The position numbers and the translations under genes were made by a program. The notes under the pieces are model-generated. The model saw only the letters and a list, made by a program, of their open reading frames with translations. It was not told the origin of the DNA and ran no database searches. DNA of 64,000 bases from IMG/VR virus record IMGVR_UViG_3300027805_000008, positions 1 to 64,000 of that record; one strand, given 5' to 3'. The stretch is from a virus. Shown here one piece after another: positions 22,157-32,698 of the stretch (positions within the stretch are counted from its first letter, which is position 1; the number at the start of each line of letters is the position of its first letter).

Positions 22157-24889
22157 ATGGGTATCTTAACATTAAATAATCAGTCGGGAGAATCTGCAGC
22201 TGGTAGTATTCTATATAGCTTTACACCAGAAGCAGGCGCAGAGTACACCACACCACTTTGCACCGAAGACGCTATCTATAAATTTGCTGTAAACTTTACA
22301 GACACAGAATCAAATAACGGCGTGGTAATTGAAATTTATGCTGTTGGAAACAATACTGTTCCAGTTAGCACAATTTCACTATTTTCAGATGAACCATACG
22401 CATTCCCATCCCCTATTGGAAAAATTCGTGTGCTTTCTGCTGGAAACTCAAGTGCAGGAAACTATCGTGACGATAGAACGACTTTAACAATATCACGTAG
22501 CGTAAAGGTAGCACCAAATAGAACATCAACAAATAACGATGGATTTGGAGATATCTTTGTTCACGTAGAAGCTCACAATGACTGGACAGAAAGCGGATCA
22601 ACTAGATCTGGTTATGGCTGGGGAGATACTCGACGTTGGCAGGGATGGTCTTATAACTGGAACTACACTGGCGTATATAGAATTGCTCGCTCTGGTGAGC
22701 AGGCATCTATTAGATGGCAATATAAGCCACACACTTCACAGACATGGCAGAACCTTGCTAATTTCCCATCAGACCCAGAACTTGGATCATCTACTAGATT
22801 TACTCAGGGGGAAATCTACGATACAGAAAACTTTACTTACGTAATTTTCCGTTGCGATACTACAACTACTTCACAAACAGTATCTAATACTGTAGATAAT
22901 ACGACAGTATATAGTGGAAATTTTAACGTATATTTAGCACGTTATAACAAGAGCGGTAACACATGGAACATGCTTGGAGCATATGCTATAACAACTTATG
23001 GTAACCCATCATTTACAGTGGGACCACGTAAGTTCTTTATCGCACAGGATAACTCAGGAATCTCTTACTTGTTCCCATACGGAACATCAAATGAGAGAAC
23101 TTCTAATACATTCTTTAGATATAATCTAACAACTGGAGCTAGAAGCCAGGCATCAGATGCCGCTAATCCATGGAATGACGGCGCCTTTATTGGTACTGGA
23201 CTTACAGGAAGCACATCAGCATTCTTTGCTAGCCCAACAAATACTGGAGTTACTGGAGCAGATACCTCTACAAGAGATTATGTTTCATATAATCCTCTAA
23301 CAAATACATGGACAGTTGTTGCTGCTCCATCAAGAGTTGGAGAAGCTTCTGCTTATAACAGAGGTGGAACTCCGTTTAGATATAGTTCAAATGAGGTCGG
23401 CCTTATTGGACGTAGAACATATACTACAAACAACGTGGCTCCTTCATCAACAGATAGATATTATGGACGTAGACTATGGACTTATAATGTATCAACAGCA
23501 ACATGGACAGATAGATCAGCAGATCTAGGAGATTTTTATCCTCATATCATGAGACCATCTGATTCAGTAGTTAATGATATGAGAGCATTCCAGCCACAAT
23601 CTTCTGATTGGGATGGAAGATTCTTAACATTCCTTCCTGGAGATTCTCAAACCTCAAGAGGAAATTATCAGTATGTAAATACTAAGAGACCAAGAAGAGT
23701 TGAAATTATTGGTCAAACTGGTCGTCCACGAGGTGAAATGTCAGTAGGATCAATTTCTTTAATGGCATTTGGACACATTGGTGACTATAACTCAACACCT
23801 AGAACTCATGTAAATACAAATTCATCAACTACTTATGCTGGTATAACATTTGAATCGCCAGTAACTGGTGGTTGGGAAATTGTATATCTAGATGGAACAG
23901 TAAAATATGGTCCTTCTAAGTTCCACCCAACAAATGTAATTTATGATACAAATCGTAATAAGTATTTTGTTGCTGGATGGCAACAGGCTCTTTCAAAGTG
24001 GGTTTCTACAACAAACGCAGATAGAGTAGAGCGCACTTCATACGTAGTCGATGAAAAAACTGGTGAGTTTATTGAACAAAGCACCGATTTTTATGGAAAT
24101 ACTACAAGCCCAGGAAACATTCAAGTTGTTTCAGCTGGTCTAGCACTAACATCAGGATCACACTTTATTCGTAGACAGGATGCAAACAACTGGTTCCTAA
24201 CGAACCTTGTTGGTGGCTATGCCGCTCAGGGCAGTGGATATCCTTATCAGGGAAATGCTGACTATAGATGGGATTCTGTAACACCATACTCAGATAACCA
24301 ACCATCAGCTAGAACACTTACTCACCCAGACAACAATGGTGTAAACCATCAAATCGTTGCATGGGGAAATGGACCAAGAAACGTTCTTGGAATTCCAGAA
24401 GGAACACTATGGTGGAATGGAAGAATTCTTAGACAATACTCTTTCAGAACTCCACAAGCTCCTTTCACAGCACTTCAGACTGGATGGAGAATTATTTATA
24501 CAGCTCCAGAACCAGGAATGCAGACTGGTGGAGCATATTATGGAACACCACACATCTGGAGAGACAAGAACTTCGCAATTTGCCCAGGATCAAACCAAGA
24601 CAAGTACTATGTCTTTGACCTAAACAATTTGTATACTCGTGAGCCAAAGATTATTTCAGCTCACCTTCCAATTGAGACAGCTGCAACACCAGCATATACC
24701 CCAGCAAGCTCAGCAACAATATCATCTAACTCAATTAACTATATGAGCAACCGAGCATGTATTGCTGGAGTAGAAATTATTTATGGTGGAATAGATGTTG
24801 ACGGAGTTAGAACTGCTTGGTATAATGATAACATCTATTTAGTAAAGGATCCATCACCAGCTGCTTCAGTTGCGAATGATGCGAACTAA
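22157..24889 (+). CDS. large beta-propeller (Kelch-like) receptor-binding/structural protein
   Basis: repeated YN...NTW / YNV.TATW blades, 910 aa. Confidence 0.6.
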   Translation: MGILTLNNQSGESAAGSILYSFTPEAGAEYTTPLCTEDAIYKFAVNFTDTESNNGVVIEIYAVGNNTVPVSTISLFSDEPYAFPSPIGKIRVLSAGNSSAGNYRDDRTTLTISRSVKVAPNRTSTNNDGFGDIFVHVEAHNDWTESGSTRSGYGWGDTRRWQGWSYNWNYTGVYRIARSGEQASIRWQYKPHTSQTWQNLANFPSDPELGSSTRFTQGEIYDTENFTYVIFRCDTTTTSQTVSNTVDNTTVYSGNFNVYLARYNKSGNTWNMLGAYAITTYGNPSFTVGPRKFFIAQDNSGISYLFPYGTSNERTSNTFFRYNLTTGARSQASDAANPWNDGAFIGTGLTGSTSAFFASPTNTGVTGADTSTRDYVSYNPLTNTWTVVAAPSRVGEASAYNRGGTPFRYSSNEVGLIGRRTYTTNNVAPSSTDRYYGRRLWTYNVSTATWTDRSADLGDFYPHIMRPSDSVVNDMRAFQPQSSDWDGRFLTFLPGDSQTSRGNYQYVNTKRPRRVEIIGQTGRPRGEMSVGSISLMAFGHIGDYNSTPRTHVNTNSSTTYAGITFESPVTGGWEIVYLDGTVKYGPSKFHPTNVIYDTNRNKYFVAGWQQALSKWVSTTNADRVERTSYVVDEKTGEFIEQSTDFYGNTTSPGNIQVVSAGLALTSGSHFIRRQDANNWFLTNLVGGYAAQGSGYPYQGNADYRWDSVTPYSDNQPSARTLTHPDNNGVNHQIVAWGNGPRNVLGIPEGTLWWNGRILRQYSFRTPQAPFTALQTGWRIIYTAPEPGMQTGGAYYGTPHIWRDKNFAICPGSNQDKYYVFDLNNLYTREPKIISAHLPIETAATPAYTPASSATISSNSINYMSNRACIAGVEIIYGGIDVDGVRTAWYNDNIYLVKDPSPAASVANDAN

Positions 24890-24903
24890 CAGGGAGATAA
24901 AAA

Positions 24904-25203
24904 ATGACACTAACATATGAGATAAACGATGATAACTCTGTAACTATTCTAAATGATGGTTCTGTATTTTTGGTTCAGTCAGATGATCCAAGAGTAGAAG
25001 GATGGGACGCATTCGAATCAGAAGCGTCTGCTCGTGAATGGGCAGAAGAGGCTATTGAGCGTTATGAGTCAGAAATCGCTGCTAACGCAGCAGCCCTTGA
25101 AGAGGGAAGAGACGAAAAAGAAGCAATGCTAGCTGAAGTCCAAGAAACAAACGGACAGCTTCTGGTAGAAATTCTTTCCGAAGAAACACCCTCTGAAGAA
25201 TAA
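24904..25203 (+). CDS. acidic fibre-assembly-chaperone-like protein
   Basis: Q..DP...W..F.SEA.AREWAE. Confidence 0.5.
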   Translation: MTLTYEINDDNSVTILNDGSVFLVQSDDPRVEGWDAFESEASAREWAEEAIERYESEIAANAAALEEGRDEKEAMLAEVQETNGQLLVEILSEETPSEE

Positions 25204-25220
25204 AAAGTTAGATTAAAAAT

Positions 25221-25252
25221 ATATGGGCAGGCTCATGGCCTGCCCATATTTA
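25221..25252 (+). terminator. intrinsic terminator
   Basis: ATATGGGCAGG-ctcatgg-CCTGCCCATAT-TTAT. Confidence 0.7.
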
Positions 25253-25273
25253 TCGAGAAAAGGCATTTTATAA

Positions 25274-25951
25274 ATGAAAAAAGTAGTGGTAGCCGTAACA
25301 GAAAAAACAAATAAATTCAATAAAAATTTTACAATGTCTTTACTATCAACGGTAAAAGAATGTTTTGATAACGATATAGAGCTATTTTTCGATTTTTCTG
25401 GCGAAGAGATAACAGAATACATGAGTAAAAATCTTGTATGTAATCGTGTTTTAAATTCTGAAAAAATAGATGGTGTAGTTTTTCTAGACCCTAATCTTCA
25501 ATGGGAGCCAAAAACTCTTATAGATATAATTAATCATGAAGAAGATATTGTCTCTGGTGTATATCCGCTTCCTGATCCTAATCAGGAAAAATATGTAGTA
25601 TCACTCAAAGAGGGATATGATGTTAATGCAAAGTATATAGATTCTAATAGACTGCAACCAGGGGCATGCTACGTGTCAAAAGAGGCCCTTGTAAAAATAT
25701 CTGAAATTTGTAAATTTTATGGAGATAAAGAATTCTTTTTCTTTTTCATGCCCGATTTTGTAGATGGGGTATATATTACATCAGATGACGCATTCTTCGG
25801 ACTAGCATCTAAATTAGACATTAAATTAAATTTAAATCCACATTCTTCATTTATTAATACTGGAGAAGTACATTATTCTGGAGATTTCTTAAAAACTATT
25901 TCTAATAATTGGGTAGAAGACAGTTTTACCGAAGAGAATATAATTAAATAA
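25274..25951 (+). CDS. glycosyltransferase-like protein (GT-A/GT2-like, degenerate motifs)
   Basis: VVFLDPNLQW..DIVSGVYP..SDDAFF pattern of phage GT2-like proteins. Confidence 0.6.
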   Translation: MKKVVVAVTEKTNKFNKNFTMSLLSTVKECFDNDIELFFDFSGEEITEYMSKNLVCNRVLNSEKIDGVVFLDPNLQWEPKTLIDIINHEEDIVSGVYPLPDPNQEKYVVSLKEGYDVNAKYIDSNRLQPGACYVSKEALVKISEICKFYGDKEFFFFFMPDFVDGVYITSDDAFFGLASKLDIKLNLNPHSSFINTGEVHYSGDFLKTISNNWVEDSFTEENIIK

Positions 25952-25981
25952 AGTAAGTCTAAGGGGTGGTATAATAAAATT

Positions 25982-27727
25982 ATGTCTTACTATCTTAAGG
26001 TTATAAAAGATCATCCTATAGGGTTTTGGCCACTAGATGAATCTTCTGGTACAGTTGCGGTAGATATTTCTGGCTGTAGCAATAACGCTACCTATATCGG
26101 ATCCCCTGCTGCAAATATGCTTCCAATAATTCCAGGCGGAGATTCTGGAACTAAGATAACTAATATTTCATATATAACACTTCCAACATCAAAAGATTTT
26201 TATGGCTCATCTGTTTCAAATGGCTTAGCAAATAAGTATTCTTCAGACAATGACTTTACATTAGAGTTATGGGTTAGCCAATCTATTCAGTCATCTGGAG
26301 TTACTACACTACTTGCAGATATTACAGATGGAATAGGTATATACTGGGAAAACGGCGACATTATATTTAAAATCTCCAATTCCGAACAGGTTAGATGGGC
26401 AGTAACATACAGCAAAAAGGCAATGCATGTTGTTGGAGTATACTCTGTAAATTCTATTAGACTATATATTGACGGAACTCAGGTTGCATTTAAGACAATA
26501 GATTCTAGCTTTAAGTTTACAAACACAGCATTTGATTTACAAATTGGTCCAACTTCTAGCGTAAACGATTCATTTATAGTAGATGCCCCAGCAGTATATA
26601 GATATGGGCTAAATGCAACAGCAATTACTAGACATTATAATGATGCAAATTATTATATACAGCCAATCCATGTTGTTAATCCAGAAGACGGAATACTATT
26701 TTCTTGCTCAGATAGAGCTAAAAATATAGACTTTGGATATACATATGGAGTAAATGCTCTATGGGAAGACTTTGTAGATTCAAATACTTACTATGACGAT
26801 AAGGGTAAATATATAGGTTTTATTCCAACCACAGCCTCCGAGTCAAAGTCATTTGTGATAAACGATTTTCTATTTATCCCTATGGAATCAAATCTAACAG
26901 ATTCTAAAATTGAGTGGCGAAATGAATTAGGAATATCAGTAGAAACTAGTGTTGACGGAACAAACTACTTATCTTGCGTAAATGGAGAAGCAATTCCTCA
27001 GTATAAAAAAGGAAGCTTTGGAATAACTGGCCTTCTATATATTAGAATTACTATGAGCACTACAAATGCTAGCAAGTTCCTGCCAAGACTTTCATATTTC
27101 TCAATTAGATTTTACAGTCAATCTAGAATATACGCAGATAATCATAATAGCTATATTGAGTCTAACAATCAGTTTGCAGTAGGGTCTTTAAACTATTCCC
27201 CGCTTCTAAGACATTATAATAATGGAATTAGACCTAATTCAGGATATGGGTTTAATATCAATACTGGATTAAATATAAATACTGTAGAAATGTTTTTTAC
27301 TCCTAAAACAACTGGAGCAAATACTTTATTCTATGATCCAGTTACTAGCACTAAGTATGCCTGGAATGGGTCTGGAACGGTCTCTAAGGCCTCTATAAGC
27401 AAAGTTTACGTCAATGGGGTAGACAAGACCTCACAGACAAATATAAGCAATTTCCTGGTGGCTGGAGAGCCTCATCATATAGTACTAGTTTTATCTTCTT
27501 CTGTTTCTGGCAACATTCAGTTTAATTATGAAACTTCAGGAGGACCAGATAATTTATACAACAATATAGGAATATATAATAGGACTCTCACTCAAGCCGA
27601 CGTAGATACCCACTTTGACCTATATTGTGGAAGACCTGCTTCTACAACCACTGATCCAGTAATTGACCTGACAGAATTGTCTCCAATATATTATGATAAT
27701 GACTGGATTGTGTTACAAAGTACGTAA
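25982..27727 (+). CDS. LamG/concanavalin A-like lectin domain structural protein
   Basis: D.PIGFWPLDE, FTLELWV, HVVGVY..LYIDG; leaderless start. Confidence 0.75.
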   Translation: MSYYLKVIKDHPIGFWPLDESSGTVAVDISGCSNNATYIGSPAANMLPIIPGGDSGTKITNISYITLPTSKDFYGSSVSNGLANKYSSDNDFTLELWVSQSIQSSGVTTLLADITDGIGIYWENGDIIFKISNSEQVRWAVTYSKKAMHVVGVYSVNSIRLYIDGTQVAFKTIDSSFKFTNTAFDLQIGPTSSVNDSFIVDAPAVYRYGLNATAITRHYNDANYYIQPIHVVNPEDGILFSCSDRAKNIDFGYTYGVNALWEDFVDSNTYYDDKGKYIGFIPTTASESKSFVINDFLFIPMESNLTDSKIEWRNELGISVETSVDGTNYLSCVNGEAIPQYKKGSFGITGLLYIRITMSTTNASKFLPRLSYFSIRFYSQSRIYADNHNSYIESNNQFAVGSLNYSPLLRHYNNGIRPNSGYGFNINTGLNINTVEMFFTPKTTGANTLFYDPVTSTKYAWNGSGTVSKASISKVYVNGVDKTSQTNISNFLVAGEPHHIVLVLSSSVSGNIQFNYETSGGPDNLYNNIGIYNRTLTQADVDTHFDLYCGRPASTTTDPVIDLTELSPIYYDNDWIVLQST

Positions 27728-27790
27728 TTCTGTCAATTTGGGTGACAAAAAGCTGGACTTAAACCATAAAGAATGGTAAAATTAAACTCT

Positions 27791-28135
27791 ATGGACATTA
27801 ACAAAATAAATACAAAGGTGTTAGATGAAGAATCTACCCTAGGCATATATGTCTGGGAAATGCCCGATGGTAGGTGGATTGGAGACGATGATGGAAACTT
27901 TCTTTCAGTCACGTCGAAAAAAGGAAATAGATCCAGAGTCGATGCTTTGGCTAGAGAGGTTCGCTCATACGGTATTTATGAGGGGCAGCCTAAATTCCTT
28001 TCTGCCAGACGCAAAATCACAGATGAAGAGTTTGCAGAACAAGAACAAAGACTTAAGTGGGGACTAGTTCCAGATCCTTTGGATATTGGAAACTATAAAG
28101 ACGAAATTAAAAATTTGAGGGCTCAGGGACAATAA
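27791..28135 (+). CDS. conserved hypothetical protein preceding portal
   Basis: start likely MDINK after TAAAAT; TAATG-coupled to portal. Confidence 0.65.
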   Translation: MDINKINTKVLDEESTLGIYVWEMPDGRWIGDDDGNFLSVTSKKGNRSRVDALAREVRSYGIYEGQPKFLSARRKITDEEFAEQEQRLKWGLVPDPLDIGNYKDEIKNLRAQGQ

Positions 28136-29718
28136 TGATTAGATACGAAGAAGATAATGATTCTCAAGATATAGCAATATCTAATGTTGCAGACTGGATG
28201 AAGTTTAATACTCCAATGCAATCTACAAGCAATGATCCATTTAAAATTGAAGGCGAAGAGATAGCAAAGGTATCTGGCCTCGGCGCATCATTTAGAAGAA
28301 AAATGAATCGTGATCTTCAAAAGAGATTCCAGGGAATCGAAGGAACAGAGACTCAGCAGAACTTACTTGCACAAGCAATTACTGGATATGCAATGTTTGA
28401 TCTTATCGAGCCTCCATATAATTTAGATTATCTTTCAACTATTTATGAAATTTCACCATACAACTATGCAGCAATTAATGCAAAGGTTTCAAATATTGTT
28501 GGCCTAGGCCACGATTTTGTTGAGACAAGAAAAACACAAGAAGCATTTGATAATATAACAGATGATAAATCACTAGATCGTGCACGTAGAAAATTAAATA
28601 GACTTCGTCAAGATTTATATGATTGGCTAGAAGAGTGCAATGAAGAGGAAACGTTTACAGAAACATTGATTAAAGCCTATACAGATGTAGAGGCAACAGG
28701 AAATGGCTATATTGAAATAGGCAGAACATCAGCTGGAAAGATTGGCTATATCGGACATATACCAGCAAAGACAATGCGTGTTCGCCGCCTTCGTGATGGA
28801 TTTATTCAATTGCTATACGGTAAGGCTGTATTTTTCCGTAACTTTGGAGATCAAGAAACAGAGAATCCAATTGCAGGCGGACTAGATAGACCAAATGAAA
28901 TTATTCACCTTAAGAAGTACACCCCAACGAATAACTATTACGGAATCCCAGATATCGTTGCTTCATCAAACGCTATGGCTGGTAACGAGTTTGCTGGCAA
29001 GTATAACCTTGACTATTTTGAAAATAAGGCTGTCCCTAGATATATTATTACAGTAAAGGGAGCAAAGCTTTCTACAGAGTCAGAGCGCAAATTGCTTGAA
29101 TTTTTTCAGGTTGGCCTAAGAGGTAAGAATCACAGATCTTTATATATTCCACTTCCACCAGATTCACCAGACTCAAAGGTTGAGTTTAAGATGGAGCCAA
29201 TTGAGGCAGGAACTCAAGAGTCTTCATTTAACGTATATCGTAAATCTAATAGAGACGAAATTCTTTTATCTCATCGTGTCCCAATTAATAAAATCGGAAC
29301 TCCTGAAGGAGTTAATTTGGCAGTGGCAAGAGATGCAGATAAAACATTTAGAGAGCAAGTTTGTCGTCCAGCTCAAATGAATTTAGAGAAAAAATTGAAT
29401 AAAATTATTGAAGAAATGACAGATGCCCTTCTTCTTAAATTTAATGAGCTTACTTTGACCGACGAGGATACTCGCTCAAAAATTGATGAAAGATATTTAA
29501 GAATGCAGGTACTTACCCCTAATGAGGTTAGAATTAGAATGGGAATGGTTCCTCTAGATGGTGGAGATAAAGTTGTTGAATTGAAGCCACAGCAGCAAGC
29601 AGAGGTTAGGGCACAGGCAGGAAAAACCAGAAATAGAGACTCCGAAAGGTCTGCAAATTCACCAGATATTTCAGGGGAGGGTAGAAATACCCAAGGCGAC
29701 GGAAGGCAAGTCGACTAG
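28135..29718 (+). CDS. portal protein
   Basis: TGNGYIE, EIIHLK..YYGIP, YFENKAVP, LTPNEVR. Confidence 0.9.
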   Translation: MIRYEEDNDSQDIAISNVADWMKFNTPMQSTSNDPFKIEGEEIAKVSGLGASFRRKMNRDLQKRFQGIEGTETQQNLLAQAITGYAMFDLIEPPYNLDYLSTIYEISPYNYAAINAKVSNIVGLGHDFVETRKTQEAFDNITDDKSLDRARRKLNRLRQDLYDWLEECNEEETFTETLIKAYTDVEATGNGYIEIGRTSAGKIGYIGHIPAKTMRVRRLRDGFIQLLYGKAVFFRNFGDQETENPIAGGLDRPNEIIHLKKYTPTNNYYGIPDIVASSNAMAGNEFAGKYNLDYFENKAVPRYIITVKGAKLSTESERKLLEFFQVGLRGKNHRSLYIPLPPDSPDSKVEFKMEPIEAGTQESSFNVYRKSNRDEILLSHRVPINKIGTPEGVNLAVARDADKTFREQVCRPAQMNLEKKLNKIIEEMTDALLLKFNELTLTDEDTRSKIDERYLRMQVLTPNEVRIRMGMVPLDGGDKVVELKPQQQAEVRAQAGKTRNRDSERSANSPDISGEGRNTQGDGRQVD

Positions 29719-29771
29719 CCCTACTCAACCATTATTTGCCTTATATACAATAACGTTATAAAATTAAGCAT

Positions 29772-31100
29772 ATGAATATTGAGAAATCTCTTTGGTCTTC
29801 GCATGGCGACAACATTACGTTGTCCGTGCCTTTTACCAAAGTTAACCGTGAAAAAAGAACAGTCTCAGGATTTGCAACTCTAGATAATCTTGACCAGACT
29901 GGTGACGTTGTTACTGCAGATGCAAGCATTAAAGCGTTTGAAAATTTTCGTGGAAATATTCGTGAGATGCATGGATCAAATGCAGTTGGCAAAATGGTTT
30001 CATTTAAGCCAGAAACATTTTATGATCCTACTACAAAAGAATTTTATAATGGAGTGTATGTTGATGCATACATCTCAAAGGGCGCACAGGATACTTGGGA
30101 AAAGATTCTTGATGGAACTTTAGCAGGATTTTCAATTGGCGGAAAGATTATAGATTCAGAAAACGAAGTTAACAAGTCAACTGGTAAGCCAGTTAGATTT
30201 ATTAAAGAATACTCATTGATGGAGCTATCAGTAGTTGATTCTCCAGCAAACGAGCTATGCAACATTTTGTCTGTTCAAAAAATGAACGGTCAGCTAGTAT
30301 TTAAAGGAATGGCAACAGAAGTTGTAGCAGAAAATATTTTTTATTGTGCAGATAGCGATTCGGTATTTGTATCAACAGAATCATCATATGATTCTCCAGT
30401 TACAGGTAAGCCTGCGACACTAATTGGGTGGGTTGAATCAAACGATGTTAACAAAGCAAAAGAGATAGATAAGATTCTTGATTTACATAAAAAGTCAAGA
30501 TTGTCGATGCCTGAAACACAAATTGCAAAACAGGCAGACATAGAAGGAGGTAAAGAAGTGTCAGATAATACAGAAAACGTAGTTGCAGAAGATGCAGTAG
30601 CACCAGAAGCAGCCGTAGAAGACACAGCAGTAGATGCTCCCGTTGAGGAAGCACCAGCTGTTGAAGAAGCTCCTGCAGATGCAGTAGCAGACGCTTCTGC
30701 CGAAACTCTAGAAAAAGCAGCCGACGTATCAGAAGTTATGGTTGATGAACCTGATTTTGCAAAGATGCTTGGCGATCTTAAAGGCTTTTTCTCAGAAACA
30801 CTAAATAAGGCTTCAGAAGCAAATGCTGCTCAAGTTTCAGCTATTAAAGAAACAGTTGAAACATTTAGCAAGAGCGTTGATGGCCGTATTTCAGAATTGG
30901 CAGAACAGCATACAGCACTTTCAAAGGCTGTAGAAGATATCAAGAACACGATTGATGGCGTAGAAAAGCGTGTCGATGCAGTAGAATCAGAGACTGCAAT
31001 TAAGAAGTCCTCGGACCTTGGCGGGTCTCAGGAAGTAACAATCAAAAAATCAAAGTGGAACGGTTCTTTCCTCGGTTCCGTAAATGAAATTTTTAACTAA
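29772..31100 (+). CDS. HK97-type prohead protease fused to acidic/coiled-coil scaffold
   Basis: IREMH, GFSIGG, ELSVVDSPAN; coiled-coil C-terminus. Confidence 0.85.
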   Translation: MNIEKSLWSSHGDNITLSVPFTKVNREKRTVSGFATLDNLDQTGDVVTADASIKAFENFRGNIREMHGSNAVGKMVSFKPETFYDPTTKEFYNGVYVDAYISKGAQDTWEKILDGTLAGFSIGGKIIDSENEVNKSTGKPVRFIKEYSLMELSVVDSPANELCNILSVQKMNGQLVFKGMATEVVAENIFYCADSDSVFVSTESSYDSPVTGKPATLIGWVESNDVNKAKEIDKILDLHKKSRLSMPETQIAKQADIEGGKEVSDNTENVVAEDAVAPEAAVEDTAVDAPVEEAPAVEEAPADAVADASAETLEKAADVSEVMVDEPDFAKMLGDLKGFFSETLNKASEANAAQVSAIKETVETFSKSVDGRISELAEQHTALSKAVEDIKNTIDGVEKRVDAVESETAIKKSSDLGGSQEVTIKKSKWNGSFLGSVNEIFN

Positions 31101-31122
31101 AAAAGGTAGGTGAAAATATAAA

Positions 31123-32175
31123 ATGAGTAATGAACTATTAGAAAAGACTATTGCTGCAGGTACAACTGCAACAGGTACTTTTGCTTCCACTACAGGTGGA
31201 ACAGGCGTACACCGTGCATCCGAAAACGGAAACGGTGGTCTACTAAACGCAGAACAGTCAGCTCGCTTCCTAGACTACATGTTCGATGCTACCGTAATTG
31301 GTAAAGTCGCACGTACCGTCCGAATGAGAGCAGATACTACTGAGATTGATCGTATGTCAGTTGGCGAGAAGCTTATGAAGCTTGCTACTGAAGGAGACGA
31401 CACAGCAGGTAACAGCGCTGTCACTTTCTCGAAGATCTCTCTTACAACAAAGAAGCTTCGTCTAGATTGGGAGCTTTCAACAGAATCTCTAGAAGATAAT
31501 ATTGAAGGTGCTGATCTCGAAGATCATATTGCCAGAATGATGGCAACACAAGCAGGTAACGATATTGAAGATGTAATCCTTAATGGAAATACATCACTAT
31601 CATCAGATAACCTATATAAGGCATTTGATGGTGTTGTAAAGAAGGCTAAGGCTAACGGTCACGTTGTCGATGCTGCTGGTGCAGGAGTTTCTCGTGCTGT
31701 ATTCAATTCAGCTCTTAAGGCTCTTCCACGTAAGTACAAGCAACGTCGTGCAGACCTTCGCTTCTTGGCAGGTTCAAACCTAATCCAAGACTTCCTATAT
31801 GCTAACAGCATTGGAACAAACAACACAATTCCACAGGATATCGCTTCAAGCGTAATCCGTGGACAAGGCGTACAGCCTCTAGGTGGTCCAGCAGGTTATG
31901 TGGCTCCATTCGCATTTGGTATTCCAATTGTCGAAGTTCCACTACTTCCTGAAGCACAAGATGGCGATTACACAGGTGAGACTGGTAATCACGGAGATAT
32001 CCACTTGACATTCCCAAATAACGTAGTTATTGGTATCAAGCGTGATGTAACTGTTTACCGTTTCTTCTGGCCACGTAAGGACTCAATTGAGTACACAATG
32101 TATACTCGTGTTGGCGTCCAGATCGAGCAAGCAGACGCTTGGGTCGTTGTAAAGAACGTTAAGGTCGCTTCCTAA
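31123..32175 (+). CDS. major capsid protein
   Basis: GGLLNAEQ..F, ELSTESLEDNIEG; position after protease; strong codon bias. Confidence 0.9.
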   Translation: MSNELLEKTIAAGTTATGTFASTTGGTGVHRASENGNGGLLNAEQSARFLDYMFDATVIGKVARTVRMRADTTEIDRMSVGEKLMKLATEGDDTAGNSAVTFSKISLTTKKLRLDWELSTESLEDNIEGADLEDHIARMMATQAGNDIEDVILNGNTSLSSDNLYKAFDGVVKKAKANGHVVDAAGAGVSRAVFNSALKALPRKYKQRRADLRFLAGSNLIQDFLYANSIGTNNTIPQDIASSVIRGQGVQPLGGPAGYVAPFAFGIPIVEVPLLPEAQDGDYTGETGNHGDIHLTFPNNVVIGIKRDVTVYRFFWPRKDSIEYTMYTRVGVQIEQADAWVVVKNVKVAS

Positions 32176-32199
32176 TTACTAGGATTTAGATCCCAGAAT

Positions 32200-32230
32200 A
32201 GCCCCCTAAATTAATTTTTGGGGGGCTTTT
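32200..32230 (+). terminator. intrinsic terminator after capsid gene
   Basis: AGCCCCCTAAA..TTTGGGGGGCT-TTT. Confidence 0.75.
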
Positions 32231-32282
32231 CATTTTAATTTACTAATGCTATAATTGTTTAGAGTAGAAATAGGAGATTTAT

Positions 32283-32684
32283 ATGTCATTTGAGACATTA
32301 AAGGTATCTGAGTTAAAAAAGATTGCAGAAGATTTTGCAGTTGATACAGATGGGCTAAAAAATAAAGCCGATGTTATTGCGGCCCTCGCAGAAGAAGGCG
32401 TAACTTGGTCTGTATATAACAAGACCATTGAAAAGATGGAAGAAGACGCAGAAGATATGTCAGTAGAAGTCTTGCCAAAGTTTGATCCAAAGGCGGAGCA
32501 GCCAGAGAATACAGTGCTAGTTAGAATGACTAGAGCTAATTTTAGATACGATATACTAGGATTTACATTTACAAAAGATCATCCTTTCGTAGCAATGCAT
32601 AAAGATGATGCTCAAAAAATTTTTGATAAGGAGGAGGGCTTTAGATTAGCAACTCCAAAGGAAGTCCAGGAGTACTACAACTAA
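32283..32684 (+). CDS. Rho-N/SAP-like N-terminal domain protein
   Basis: LKVSELKKIA......KADVIAAL. Confidence 0.6.
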   Translation: MSFETLKVSELKKIAEDFAVDTDGLKNKADVIAALAEEGVTWSVYNKTIEKMEEDAEDMSVEVLPKFDPKAEQPENTVLVRMTRANFRYDILGFTFTKDHPFVAMHKDDAQKIFDKEEGFRLATPKEVQEYYN

Positions 32685-32698
32685 TCTACGCCTTTTAA

